Shown: in pieces, positions 39,338 through 53,418 of the stretch
Layout: each line of letters begins with the position of its first letter
How positions within the stretch are numbered: the first letter of the stretch is position 1
Assembly: GCF_963853765.1 (NCBI RefSeq)
Contig: NC_088858.1
Coordinates: 11,594,001-11,658,000, forward strand
Direction of reading: 5' to 3'
Origin: Magallana gigas
Taxonomy: Eukaryota
Length of the DNA stretch: 64,000 nt
The notes under the pieces: generated by a model
The model's database searches: none
Seen by the model: the letters and a program-made list of their open reading frames with translations, nothing else
What the model was told of the DNA's origin: nothing
Translations under genes and position numbers: made by a program

Positions 39338-39487
39338 AATAAACAGCAATATTAAAAAGTTCACCGGGAAATCAACTTGGTTGGTACGTGATCAGATCTT
39401 TTGAGAAGTCCTTCGGGTTGCGCAGGAACATGATCACGTGACCAACCAAGTTCATATCCCGGTGAACTTTTTAACTTGCTGTTTATT
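39338..39487. mobile_element. 150-bp fold-back element (arms about 57 bp) upstream of gene D
   Basis: AATAAACAGCAA..AAAAAGTTCACCGGGAAATCAACTTGGTTGGTACGTGATCA is mirrored by TGATCACGTGACCAACCAAGTTCATATCCCGGTGAACTTTTT..TTGCTGTTTATT. Confidence 0.75.
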
Positions 39488-40387
39488 TCTTAAATCAATC
39501 AATTATTTTTTTAGGGGTGGGGGGGGGGGGGTTAAATTCATCGTATTATGTTTTCATATCCGTAAACTGTATTAAACCATACATGAAGATACTTTGGAAA
39601 TTTTGTTTGAAAACATCAGTTTATTGAAAGGGAATAAACGGCACTCCAATACCCGGCGTTGTTTCAATATTTTAATGTTATCGAAGTATGTGTTCATATC
39701 GGCAGCTAATGAGCACAGGAAACGGGCGGAAGGACACTAAGTTGACATTTGTAATTTATACATATGACTTCCTACAATTTATTTGTAATTGCTAGAAAAC
39801 CATTTCTTTTACTTAGTGTATAAAATGTTTCTGTTCAATAACTGTATATATGGTGTTTAAATTAAAATTCAAGCGCTCCAAACTGTTTGGAAATAATTAC
39901 ACATCCGATAATTAATTAACTTTGTCTTTAGAATACTCATTTGAAGATTAACTTGCTCACCCAACTCGACTGTGTTGTATAAATGGAGTACAAAATCACA
40001 TGACTCCTTCTTTGAATGAACTTAGGGTTATATATTTTTCTATAACTGATATATTTCTTAGACAATTTGAATAATTTTTATTAATTTTTATATTTCAACA
40101 AAGGGCGATTTGCAAATAACAAAAGAATTGACCTATAGGGGAGATGGATTTCCCGGAAAAAATAACTTTTTAAGCAGAATTGTACATTTTGTACATTAAA
40201 CTTCCATCTTCTTCCTTAAATGCACATTTGCTCTTTGAATTTAAGATGAAGGATATCGATGGTAAAGGTATATTCTTCAAATTCACTACATGTAAAAGCA
40301 ATCGACCGGAACTATACCCTAGTGTCAGCACGCTTTGTTTAAGGACAAGAAACATTCACTCTGTGTTATTCGAGACAGGTGCCACGT

Positions 40388-43300
40388 AAAAACATAAGTA
40401 ATCACAGATTACAAAGCTCACCGAGTTGAGACATCACCCTTATGAGACAACACCTTTATGAGACCACCTTTATCATATTATATGAAAATCATACTTTATG
40501 ATCTTGGATATTCATGGATTCTGTTTTGACACAATATCATATACCATCTGTTAAAAAATTGTATGATAATCAAATGTTCATATGTTAATCAATACAATAA
40601 TATAAGATTAAATATTGCATCCTATCATATTTACAACATATATCATATAATACAATAAAATACCGTAATAAACAATGAAAAGATATGATATTGTAACGTA
40701 TGATATGACATTGTATTGTGTTATACATTATTGTATTTGATCACATAATACAATATCATAATATATAATACAATATAGTATTATATTACAACATCATATT
40801 ACATCATACATCATAACATTGAAACATATGATATTATATTGTATAAAATAGTATGATATTGTATGATACTGTATCATTTTTGATACATATTACGATATTG
40901 TATCATATGATGCAATGTAATTTGATACAACATTGTATCATATCAAATGATACAATATTATGTGATAAGGAAAATATTATACAATACAATATTATATTAT
41001 ACATGTTGTATCATATGATACAATAATATATATAACAATATCATATAATACAATTTCATGTAAAATGATGATATATCCTATTTATAAACCGATATCATAT
41101 TTTATTACATACTTAGTAATAAATACAGGTTTTTTGCACATGTGATACAGATGACGTCACAAAATCCATATCGGCCTCCGGGGCTGATACAGGTTATCAG
41201 CCCTCCAGGGCTGATACGGATCCGTATCACATCCCTCGCATTATCACCGGTGTCTTTGATCACACAAAGCCTCGTCCTAGACAGTGAATCTTGTCCCCTC
41301 GGTGGAATTTCACTATCCCACACGAGTTTATAATGAATGATTATTTTTCTCGCATTATATTAGCTTAAAAAATGATGTTTGACAACTTTCTATTATGACG
41401 TTCAAAAGATTACTTTCGGTTTATCCCTCCGCGTGCTTCAAATAGTGCAAGTTAAATGAAAGCATACGACAGTTTTTTCAATTAAAATATGAAAAATTGT
41501 AATTAATTATGCAACACAATTAATTAATGGATAATCTCAATGCACAATTGTGCATTTCCCTACCGCAGACAACGTTTGTTTACGTTTTAAAACGGCGTAG
41601 TAATACACAGTGTAAGACAGAAAAATCTCACACTGCTGTCTCACACCGGACAAACCGATCTCACACCGGTGATAATGCGAGAAAATTCTTTATTACAGAA
41701 ACCAATATCATATTATACAATATCATATAATAAAATATCAAAAAAATTGATACAATATCACTTTGTATCATATAACTTTTTATATTGTTATACTTTCATG
41801 TTGAATACTGAAATCTGATTAGTTAAGACGCAGTTCATAATCCGTTCTATTACCCTCAGCGTTAGCAACGCACTAAGCAACGGGTAACATTATACATATA
41901 TTACATGGCATCGAGGGCGACATACCAGAATATTTGCCCCGAGGTGGCAGGAAAGCCCTGGAGTGTTATGTCGCCCGATGCCGAAGGCAGAGGGCGACAT
42001 AACACTCCAGGGCTTTCCTGTCACCGAGGGACAAATATTCTGGTATTGTCGCCCGAGAAGACATGTAATATATGTTATATAACATTTTTAAACAAATCAA
42101 AGTCGGGTTATGAACATATTTATTTAATTCACAAGGGAGAGGCAAATATTTTTAAAACACTAACGCTTGAGTTTATCACTTTTGTCGTATTTGCCGAATG
42201 TTTTCATCAATTAAACTATCGAGTTCATCTGAATTTAGATGAACAAACCACAGACGTTGGCCTGACATATTTAAAATTCGCGGATCTGTTTACGTTTGCT
42301 TAGCAACTGGCTCGTTGAATTTCGAACCCGACGTAATTAATATGCAGAATTCTTGCACGCGATGGTGATATTACAGTTTCGGGAGGGCAATATAACTATT
42401 TCCTGTGAAATATAACTGTTTCCGGGAGGGCAATATAACTGTTTCCGGTGTGATTCAGCAATTTTCGGGGCATAGTAATAAAATTATCTCATTTGTGACA
42501 TAACGAGAAAACTTATTCAAAAATGGTATATTACAAATTGTTACATGCACGAAAATTATGCGCGTACGGTTCGCTGTAGAATTCACGTTATTCCTATATA
42601 AAAGCAGTAAAATTTCTTAAAAATTAAGACATTCAGTATAACAAAATAAATAATGCCTTTTTGGGAGGATAACAGTTGGAATTGACACCCCTCGAAAATC
42701 ATTGTCAATCTCCGCTTCGCGTCGGTTGACAATGGTTTTCTCGGGGTGTCAATTTCAACTGTTTCCCTCCCAAACAGGCACTATTTATATAATATAACAT
42801 ATGATATTATATTGTATCATATCAAACAATATTGTTTCATATCATACAATACTATATTATAGGAATCATGTTTTGTTTTCCCTCAGACTGAAATGTCACA
42901 TTTTCATTGGATTAAACATGGCACGTGATTGCATAATATATCTCTATGTAGGTTCTGTGAGGATTAATATTAGGCAATATGGCCGTCATTGGCCGCCGCC
43001 TCACCTACTCATCTCGATATTTCATATTATTTAACACAGAAATCTTGTTCAGTAAGTCATTAAAATATTTAGAGTAGTGGCCCTTTGGAATTATTTTTAA
43101 ATTAGAGTAGTTGCCCTTTAAATATTGACGTCACATTGTTGTGTCTGGAGCAGAACAAAATGGCAGCATCTAAATTTGCTTAAAACTCTGCAGAGGTTTA
43201 AAATTGAATAGCAACAAAACATTGTAAGTAATATGGGTGAAGCAAAGATTTTTTAAGCGTATTTGAAAGGTGGTATTGATAATTTTGAAGAGTTTAAATG

Positions 43301-43484
43301 AGTTTAATTGGACGAGATGTAAGGCATCTTGTACACGGCTTTGCGTAGATCACCGCTACAGTTTTGTGAATGAATATGTCCCTTGATAGTCCTCGGGAAA
43401 ACAAAACACTCATAAGGTTAGTTACTGACTCACTACGGAAAAATATTGGGTTGATCAATCTCATAGACGGCTCGGCTTCGCCTC

Positions 43485-43521
<37 letters not shown>

Positions 43522-45108
43522 AGTGAGTCAGTAACTAACCTAATAAGTAATAATATCATTTATCAACAAACACATCTATCTATTTAGCAGGTTTGAGTGA
43601 GGTAGGAGATTTCTTTAGCATCTTTGATAATTGAGATCAGGCTCTGCATCTGAAGCAATCTCTGCATTTCATTTATTATATAGTTAAATCAACTATGCAA
43701 GCTATCATCTATAAAACATGTGACCTGTTGAAAAAAACTAAACCTCATCAAGCATCCGAAACCTATGGCTCAGATTCAGCATTCAAGCCGGCCGGGTGCA
43801 TCAGTATCATAAGACGCATCATCCATGCAAGTTTGGAGATGTTCGAACCAGTAATAACTAAGAGATCATCATCAGAGGGCAATAGCAATTAAAACCTTAA
43901 CCTCCTCCAGCATCCGCAACCTACGGCTCAGATTCAGCATCCATGCCTGTCAGGTGCATCTTTATCATAAGACACACCATCCATCCAAGTTTGGTGAAGT
44001 TAGGACCTGACGTGTAATAACTAAGATATATTTTTTAGCATCCTTGATATTAATTGAGATCAAGCTCTGCATCTGAAGCTACCTCTGCAATTCATTCATA
44101 TTACATTTTAATCAACTATGCAAGTTTGAAATAGTACTATTATCTACTTAACATGTGACCTGTTTCAAAAAACTTAACCTTATCCAGCATCCGAAACCTA
44201 TGGCTCAAACTCAGCATTCAAGCCTGTCGGGTGCATCAGTATTATAAGACACGCCATCCATGCAAGTTTGGTGAAGTACGGACCAGCAATAACTAAGATA
44301 TAATCATCAGAGGGCACCTGTTTCAAAAACTTTAACCAGCTCTTAAAACCTTAACCTCCTCCAGCATCCGAAACCTATAGCTCAGATTCAGCATTCAAGC
44401 CTGTCAGGTGCATCAGTATCATAAGACGAACCATCCACGCAAGTTTAGTGAAGTTAGGACCAGGAGTAGCTAAGATATAATCATTAGAGGGCACCTGCTC
44501 AAAAAACTATAACCAGCTCTAAAAACCTTAACCTCCTCCAGCATCCGAAACCTATAGCTCAGATTCAGCACTCAAGCCTGCCTGGTGCATCAGTATTATG
44601 AGACACCATCCATGCAAGTTTAGTAAAGTTAGGACGGACCTGTAATAAATTAGATTTTGCTATCAAAGGGCACCTGCAACAAAAACTTTAACCTGCTCCA
44701 AAAACCTTAACCTCCTCCAGCATCCGAAACCTATAGCTCAGATTCAGCACTCAAGCCTGTCTGATGCATCAGAATTATAAGACACACCATCCATGCAAGT
44801 TTGGTGAAGTACAGACCAGCAGTAACTTAGATATTGCTATCAAAGGGCACTTGCAAAAAAAACTTTAACCTGGTCCAACAACGTTAACCTCCTCCAGCAT
44901 CTGAAATTTAGGACTCAGATTCAGCATCCAAGTCTTTCAAGCGCATAAAAAGGTCCAGATGCATCATCCATGCAAGTTTGGTGAAGATAGGACAAGTAAT
45001 AGCTTAGATACAGGACCTGCAACAAAAACTTTAACCAGGTCCGGACACCGACGCCGACGCCGGGGGTATAGCATAAGCTCCCCTTGACTTCCTCTCGGTA
45101 AGCTTAAA
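40388..45108 (-). mobile_element. Composite HINE copy 2 (inverted relative to 16651-19116), interrupted by several later insertions
   Basis: Reverse-complement matches to copy 1 at the 5' end (45045-45108), the satellite array (43590-45040), the array junction (43550-43590 and 42795-42860) and the 3' end (40388-40560). Confidence 0.85.
41100..43545. mobile_element. Nested fold-back elements inserted in HINE copy 2
   Basis: Hairpin elements at about 41100-41700 (ATCAGCCCTCCAGGGCTGAT centre), 41785-42792 (copy of the 33505 family) with another nested inside (41896-42072, centre GCCGAAGGC), and 43415-43541 (centre GGCTTCGCC). Confidence 0.75.
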
Positions 45109-48100
45109 ATCATGCAGACCAAAAGCTGTGGCGTATGCCTTTCCAGAACATCTATAGGAAACGGTATAATTAGGGGAGAAGTACTGCAAAGTAGATGCAG
45201 TTTGTTCTTTGCAATTAAAGAACGTGTCCAATGGTGATATTTTAAGCCAAAAATGCAGGAGGAAGGTTTATAGATTAGAAAAAATGGGGTTGGTCAGAGT
45301 TTTCCGTCCCCTTGTCATTTCGGCAACAGGTAAGTCTCCTTATACAAAGGATGCAGCTGTTAATACGGAAAAGCGTTCAGTTGGATGTACAGTGAATGAT
45401 GTAAGTGTTCGAACACCTGTAAAAATCCTTCTACATCTACAAACATCACTTTTTTTATTATATCTGTTGGATAAACTAAGGCGACGTGCAAAGAGTCAAA
45501 GGGTTTGCGAACTTCGAAATCGCGTCACGCGAGACTTTCGATAGTTGCTAATATGTCCTTGGTTGTAAATTAACGCATTTAAAGAACATGTATTGTATTA
45601 TAGGATGTAAACTGAAAACAAAATTTAAAAAAAAAACGTTCATAACTCATATTGCTTTTGTTATGAGAACTAGATCCTAAGAGTTTACTGTGAATGGCCT
45701 AAAATCAAGAAGTGGAAAGGAAATCGATACGCTTTTTTTGTAACGACAGAGACCAATACCGGCACTGTAGTTCAAGTTAGATACAAGTGTTCCTTAGCAT
45801 TAAATATCATTTTAAATCGTTGCCCTTTGTTCTTTTTTTTGTTAAAATTAATAAATATTCAGATGCCCATCCATCCACTATATAGTACTGTACTAGATTT
45901 TAAATATGTAATGTTTGACTTGCGAGACATTGCTCTCGTTGTTACGACGATGACTTTGTAAAACTTGATCCGGCAAAAAACGGATACAGTGCATGGAAAC
46001 TAGAAGTATTAGTTTGGATTGTTTGAAAACCCATTGAATTCTGATCCGGTCAATCGATTTTTTTTATTTGTAGTACGTAGCAAAATCAATTCTCTGATCC
46101 AGATGGAAGAATTGTATTCTAATGCTGGGAACCTAATCAATAACAAAATAATGAATTAATCATCAGAGTTTGTAAAACCTTTAAATATACATTAAAGGTG
46201 TGAATTTCACGGAGAGGGAAATTCTGAGGAAAAACAAAGGAAAGATAGAAAACATATATTATGCATTCGATCTCAAATCTATAGAAAAGAGTTGAATTGA
46301 TAGAAATATGGAGCATTAAGAAAAGATGAAATAGTGTGTGTAATTTATGACCAGTGACATTTTTTTTTACCTTGTTAACACCAACCTATTCCAATTTATT
46401 AAGATAACCGCAATTAACACAATCCCCCCAAGACATCTGCGTTGGCTTGTTTGGCAGTAGACAGGTTAATTTCTGGAGTTCGAGACCAATCACGGATATA
46501 AGTATAATTATGCCTATAGACACAGGAGCCGGACATTAAAATATTTTTTTTTACAATAAAATCATTTTAGGCATACTAATATGACAGCAGGAATTATCAT
46601 AATACTTGTATCGTATTTTTCCAAAGCATATTATTGGTCAATTGTTGTAATGTGGTCAAGTTATTAATTCTGTCATAAATCTTACTATACCTCATCAGGT
46701 TATAATTGTATAATAATCTTATAAAAAAGAAATAGTATGCCTGTGTCTATAAATGATGATTTGATTCGAGTAGTGATGATAGAATTCAGCGAAAAATAAC
46801 TTATTTTAAAATCGTATACGTCAGATAATGACTTCAGATAAGCCCCAGAAAAAATCAAATTATAAGTATTTTTTAAGGTTGCGAGCATTGCTTATACGTT
46901 ACCTGCGTTAGTATGTTTCTTTGTGCAAAGAAGATGTAATTCTCTATGTTTAATCAACAGTTTAAATCCGCTGACTGGTTGATTAATCATTTATGCATTT
47001 ATTATTTCGTGAAAAGTCGTAGACAAATGTTTTCTATTTATCACAGCCTGACTAAACCTGAATAGTTAGATGTCACGAGATACCTTTTTGCATGTGATTT
47101 CCATTGATTTCTAAGGTGCTTGAAATACAGAAATACACGCTACAATCCTAACTCTATTACTTTTGACTGTATACAATGTACATGTATATCAGAAATTGTC
47201 TTGGTTTATCGTACTTTTAGTAAAAATGGTTTGGGTTTTTTTTTAGTCCAAGCTCAAGTTTTTATTGAGTATTTCTCTGGCGTAAAGTACAAGCAAATTA
47301 AACATTGTGTCCTCTCTTTCAGTGCGTCAAAGGTAAATATGGCAACTGTTGCATAACTTCCATATATAAACATTTATACAGTCTTCCTGTTAAATATCTA
47401 GTGTTTAAGTATTGTTTAATATTTGCTCTATTATCACTTTATGATTTACAATCCTCAACATATTGCACTTTATTTTCTATATATAGGCCTATAAGTGCTT
47501 TCTTACAGACAAAAAAACCCCACCTGTTTTTTTCCCTAGGAATACCCATGAAACGACAAAGTTCATTTTCCTAACTTTGTCTTAAAGTTCTTAATTTGTG
47601 CTACTTTAAAATGTTTGTTTTTTTATTTTTATGTACCTTTCTAGATAAAAAATATTTCAACCTTGAAAAGTTTAAAAATCCATCTATAACTTAGCAACTC
47701 TTTGGGTATGTTGTATTTTCTATGCTCTTTAATACCTTTAACCAATACACAACAGATTTTTATAAATATTGTACCATGATATATCCCCAACTCTTTTTTA
47801 GTCCGATTCATTTATGGTTAGTATTCTTAAAAGTAAAGTGTATCTTGGCTGATTAAAATTGAAATGAAACTGGGGCACACACGTGTTCCTACAGATCGAT
47901 TTTTTTTAAATTGAGTATAGATATAAACACAAAAAAGCCTAATGCCCTAGTATTTTCCGACACAAATCCTTGTTATTATTGTCCTGTCTGAACGAGATGC
48001 TGTTGATAATGTAGAAATAATACACGCTTATTTTCTTAAAACAAAAAGGTATGTGAGCTAGCGGTGTGGCCATTTTTATACACACAAAGGAGGGTACGTG

Positions 48101-49644
48101 GACATCTAGGTTATTTTGCTGAAATTTTCCCGCGTGAATGTCACTTCTTTGCTCGGATTTTCCATGATAGACTCAAGCCAATTCGACCAATGGGAAATTA
48201 TCTTTTTTGTAAATCAACGTAAAATTTCCCCGCTTGGATTAATGTCGTTTCAATCGAATTCATGAATTCGTTATATCAAATTCAAAAATATTTTTGATAG
48301 GTCCTAGATGGGCTTCCGTACAATCGTACAAAAAGGTAAAATTAAAGAATTATATCAGTGTGGTACTTAATTGTCTCAGTCTTTTCTTGTCTTTCCAACA
48401 AACTCTGAAAAGATACACTGTTTTTGTTGGTTTATCTAGAAAGGTGGGATAACTGTAAGAAAAGCTAGGTTTCACCAGTTGGTCTCTACCATCTCTTGGC
48501 AATATATGACCAAAGGTTTTCTAGTACTTAATATGTACGTTTGACAATAAATTAAGACACCTCACAATTCGGATCATGTCTATTTTTTATGATAAAATAA
48601 GATTGTCATCGTACATTCTATCTACAGTAGTTTTCCCAGAATGTCCGACTGTGAAGTCGAGCATGCGTACTTCAGAAAGTTGCCAGCGATGTTAGAACTT
48701 ACTAGCAATAATCAATTGACCAACTGTAGACGGATTTTTTTTAAACGGTTGTATTTTTTGCCCGAGTCGGAAATTGATAATTTCGGATATGATGCAGTTT
48801 TAACGCAGTTGAATGTGCAGTCAATAAACAGTGAAATGATATGTAGTATTTTCAAAAGTTCGAATATGAAGCAAAATGTCATTTGCACACTTTAAGCTAT
48901 CATACTCTTCGTCAAAAGTAAAGATTCAATGAAATTATATACTTGAGATACCCGTATGTGTGTTACATAAAGCAAAAAGTTTAATCACTCTGTCAAAGAT
49001 ACAACCTATTTGACAATGTTTTTAAGATCGATCATGTACTCGATTTAAATAACGAATATATTGTATGCATCATTCACTACATTTTTTTTTTTAGCTGAAA
49101 CAGACAGACATTGTTATAATTCTGATAACAATGTACTTGTATAAAACAGAGACCAAAACATTCATGAAAGACCCAATTCCAATTTTTCGTCTACCAAACA
49201 CAATTTTCCTGTACTTTTTGCATACCTCCTCGTCTATAAATACAATTTATTCGTTATATCAGGTTAATTTTATACCAAGCTTCTCACTCAGTTTATCTGA
49301 ACTTTTAATTTGTTTTTGAAAGGCTAAATTCTCGACATCATCTGCAAAAAAAAAAAAAATGCACATTAAAAACAAAAACTAGCCCGTTAGACGATCAAAG
49401 TCCAACAACTCCGATTTAGTAAATAGACATCAATCAAAATCGGTCAAAGTCCAACTACCATACCAAAAGAAACGACGAAATCTTGATCAACATAGAGATT
49501 ACACAAAACAGAGAAAAAACAGCGCTAGCGGGATTAATGACCCCCCCCCACCCAAATGTTTGCGAATCTGATCGACCATATTCCCATATACATGTAAAAA
49601 TTTGAAGAAAGTAGGGAAACCTTTACAGACATACATAATGAATA

Positions 49645-50156
49645 ATAAAGGGGCATGGTCACGATTTTGGTCAAATTTTAATTTCTTTTTGTATGGGGTT
49701 GTAATGCTTAGAAATGCATTTCTAATGGTAAACAAAAATGCGAGTGTCAGTCGTAAAGTTATAAGCACGATATAGGCCTCATGATTCTTTGTCATGTAAA
49801 CAGGGCTCGTGCTGTTTTTGTTTATATTGGTTCAATATATTGGTAAAAGTTCCTTTTCAAGCTGATTTCTCTCTGTTCTAATTCGTTTTAAGTATATATT
49901 CATAAAATGTTCCTAGCGTTTATAACATTCATTTTCGGTATAAAACTGGATTTTTTACCTCAACATTCAAAACGTAAACAAAAACATGACGTATATACAT
50001 GTAGCTTTGTTTACGTGACAAAAAAGAATTGAGAGTTCTGTGTCTGCTCATAACACGACGACTGACACTCAAATGTTGTTGACTATTTGAAAGTATTGTA
50101 AACATCAAAAAACAGGAAAATAATTTTTAACCAAAATCTTGACCATTCCCCATTAA
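49645..50156. mobile_element. About 500-bp non-autonomous TIR element, Kolobok-like
   Basis: AGGGGCATGGTCACGATTTTGGT ... ACCAAAATCTTGACCATTCCCCA-TTAA imperfect TIRs; TTAA on the right only. Confidence 0.6.
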
Positions 50157-51096
50157 ACTTACATCAGTGTATTGGAGAGGATGAAGGAATTCAATATATT
50201 TGGTAAAGGTTCATTCACGTTTTCTAGCCCCAATCATCACATAATAATAAACTTAAAACATATTTCGAGTGATACTATTATGTGAATTGTTACGGTCTGT
50301 TATCTAATGAAGACTTTTGTTCCCTTGGTGTCAGATAAATCTATATACGATATATAGTGATGATAGAGATTTATAATAGAGAAAAAATTAACATATTGTC
50401 TTTGTTTGTACTTACAATGTAGTATCTGAATATAAATTTTTAAAAAATAGTGATTTTTATCACTCAAAATTGGTTACATGTTTAGCAATTTCAAAATAAT
50501 TTCTACTATCTTTCTTTCAGTTGCATAAAATTAAATTAAAAGAAAAGGACTAAGTATGATATGGGCCTAATAAGTCCCCCTTAAATGGACATCATCAATT
50601 TACTGTAATTCATCTTTTTTTTGTACATATGTGAAGTTTTTTCGTAAATTTTATTTGGATCCAAATGCCCACAATATTGAAATGTGGGATCTTAAAAAGT
50701 TAACCTTTCCCGCCCCGTGTGTGACTTCATGATGACACTTTTAGGATACGAAAAAGTCAGACATGCCGTGTGTTGTTTCATCAGCTGCAAGGAGACAAAA
50801 TCACTAACTTGGTAAATAAAAAATTCGACAAATGCTGCCTTGTTTAAACATCCTAGCTGCTCTGTAGAAAAGACGAGACAGGGTGTTATTAGATGTTAGA
50901 TAGTGCAACAGGTTCTCCGTGGGTTTGTTATGTGCAAGTACGAGGTTATTGTTTGATGTAAAACGTGATGAACTGTGCGGATGGAGTCGTCCTAAATGTA
51001 CATTGTGGTACATTAAATGAAATAACAGCATGAATGAACGGTCAGTCAACAACTTATCTGTCGTTGTGTCCTGGTACTCACGGACAGTGCAGTAGA

Positions 51097-51142
51097 TGAC
51101 GTCAGATCCCGCATGTTCATGTTGTGAAGTTACATGGGTTAC

Positions 51143-51187
<45 letters not shown>

Positions 51188-51601
51188 ACAACTGTTTAGA
51201 ATTTTTTGTTTCCTATCGATTATTTCTGGGTGGAGTGATGTAAGAAGGGTACAAAGTCCACACAGTATGCATCATTAGCGCTCCACAGAAATATCGGGGA
51301 AAGAGTGGACCTTGAACCCAACCCTCGCGGGATTCTTGATCTAGTTGCTTTGATACTTTCTACGACCTGTCGATCTCGCTCATTGATTTGAAGAGGATTA
51401 AATACACAATACATGGGATAGGGACTTCTACATAGTAAAATATATAACCTAAGTATTTACATTCAGATGATATATAGATTCCAAAGTCGATCGATTACTA
51501 TTTATTATGCCAGCAATAAATATATCCCCCAAAAGATGTTCCAAAAGGTCGCTTCTCAGTCATTATGTTCTGCGGGCTACTCTGTCCGTAGTGTGACGTC
51601 A
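51097..51601. promoter_or_regulatory. CRE cluster upstream of UCP
   Basis: TGACGTCA at 51097 and 51594; TTACGTCA at 51139. Motif evidence only. Confidence 0.4.
51147..51184. repeat. (TC)n microsatellite
   Basis: Seen directly. Confidence 0.95.
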
Positions 51602-53418
51602 CAATGACATTATCGGTAAGATTCCGTATAAAGCGATGACAAACGAAAACAAGATTATTTACACTGTTTACTTGGATAGAGAGACCATGCAAGGTAATGT
51701 AAAATAAAAACCAAACTTACAAGCCTTAGGAACTGTTTATGTTCTTAACATGATTTTCAACGTTTATCATTTTGTATTTTGTTCAATTGAAATATTCATT
51801 TTCGATATATCGATTGAAGAAAAAAAAATCACACACCCCGTAAATTTTCATACCTGCATCCTTTATAACGTAGAGTGAAGTCAGTTCTGCGAACAATTAC
51901 TTATATATAATAAACGATGGTAATTACAATTACATGTATAACTATTATTTTGTTCTTTACTTAATTTAGCAAATATATTTTTACGCGAACATTTGTTTTG
52001 TTAACTAACCTAGCTGGTAGCTAAATGATATTGAAAAATAACGCAAAAACATGAAGAAAGACGCAAATTACCATTTTTTCTGATGGTTTCATTTTTGTTT
52101 AGATGCAAACAATGTTCTTCAGAAGATACGAGAAAAATACTGGACAATTAATCCCTCACATTTATCTGGTTCATTCGAGTCTTTGCTCGGTAGGGGGGTG
52201 GGGGTCATTTACACCTGCACCGTCACTTCATTGACCAAAAACACTACGGAAGCCGTAAAGAATCTTTAAAAATTTCAGTACTAATGGCGTGATGGAGCAC
52301 TCCATTTAGCTTCAGCGATCTTAATAAAAATATTGGAACATTTTTTAAATAGAAATTAATAAGAATTTGAGATTGTATCTATAAATAATAGTTCTTTAAC
52401 AAATACAAATCTAACCATTTTCTTTATTTAAAGATTAATTAACGGCAATATTTAGAGCAAATTGAACAACAGACCGAATCACAAACGAGCAAAATGACTT
52501 TCATCCATTTGCTTAAAATTATAAAATCCTATCCTACAATATATATTTTTTATAATGCCTAAGCTCACATTCTTTCGAAATGTACTCTTCGTGGACGATT
52601 TCAAGATCGATCGATCGATAAAGTTTTGGCATCTTTGAAAACAAAGGAACACACTGACTTGTGACACACGTTTGTTTTCTCTGTCTTTACCTTGTACCTC
52701 TAGATGTTCCTTTCTGGTCATTGTACTCATAACTGTCTTCAAAAACTCTTATTTTATTTTATTTTAATTTTTTTGCAATGCTCTCTAGGTTTATATCATT
52801 ATGGAATACCAAACACTTTTTTGTACGGGAAAAGATATCGATACCTTATGGAAAATCAAAATTAAGGAATTAGTTGGGATCCCTGTGGTGATGGATCATT
52901 ATGTGCCTTCATGTGGAAATTACGTTATGTATGGCCCGTCTTGGTCTCCGTAGGCGCAAAGAAACAGCTGATCAGCTGGTATTTTGTGAAAGGATCTAGT
53001 TAGTACTGGCGGGGTTAGCCGAGCGCGGACAATGATTGAGTCAGTTTGTTTTTATTTTGCGTGGAAGGTCAATCGTAAGTTCATCCAACGAACCATGATT
53101 CGCTCGGTCCATATAGTCGCCTGATTATAGTTTAAGGTTTCTTACTGTTCGTCTGGGATTAATTTCAGAAATGTTTCAACAGAACTTCGTATGTATATAG
53201 GTAAATTATCAATAATTTTGTTGTAAGTTAAACTTCTTTATTTTTAGGAGGGGATGGGATGACTTTTTTGTTTTTGTTGGGTTTTTTTGGTTGATTTAAA
53301 AAAAATTATTGTTTTTTGTTTTGTTCTCTTTTTTGGTTGATTTTAGTCGTTCTAATCAAGATTCTCTACAGATTAGTTAAATTTGTATTTAGAAACTTGA
53401 CCATAGAATGGAATTCAT

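Noticed and set aside
45209-45544. 111-aa plus ORF with a strong donor CAG|GTAAGT at 45330
   Set aside because: No recognisable domain and no convincing downstream exon. RNA-seq would be needed.
46370-46437. Possible signal-peptide exon on the minus strand ending AAG|GTAAAA
   Set aside because: The frame depends on the exact length of a C-run that I could not read with certainty, and I found no following exon.
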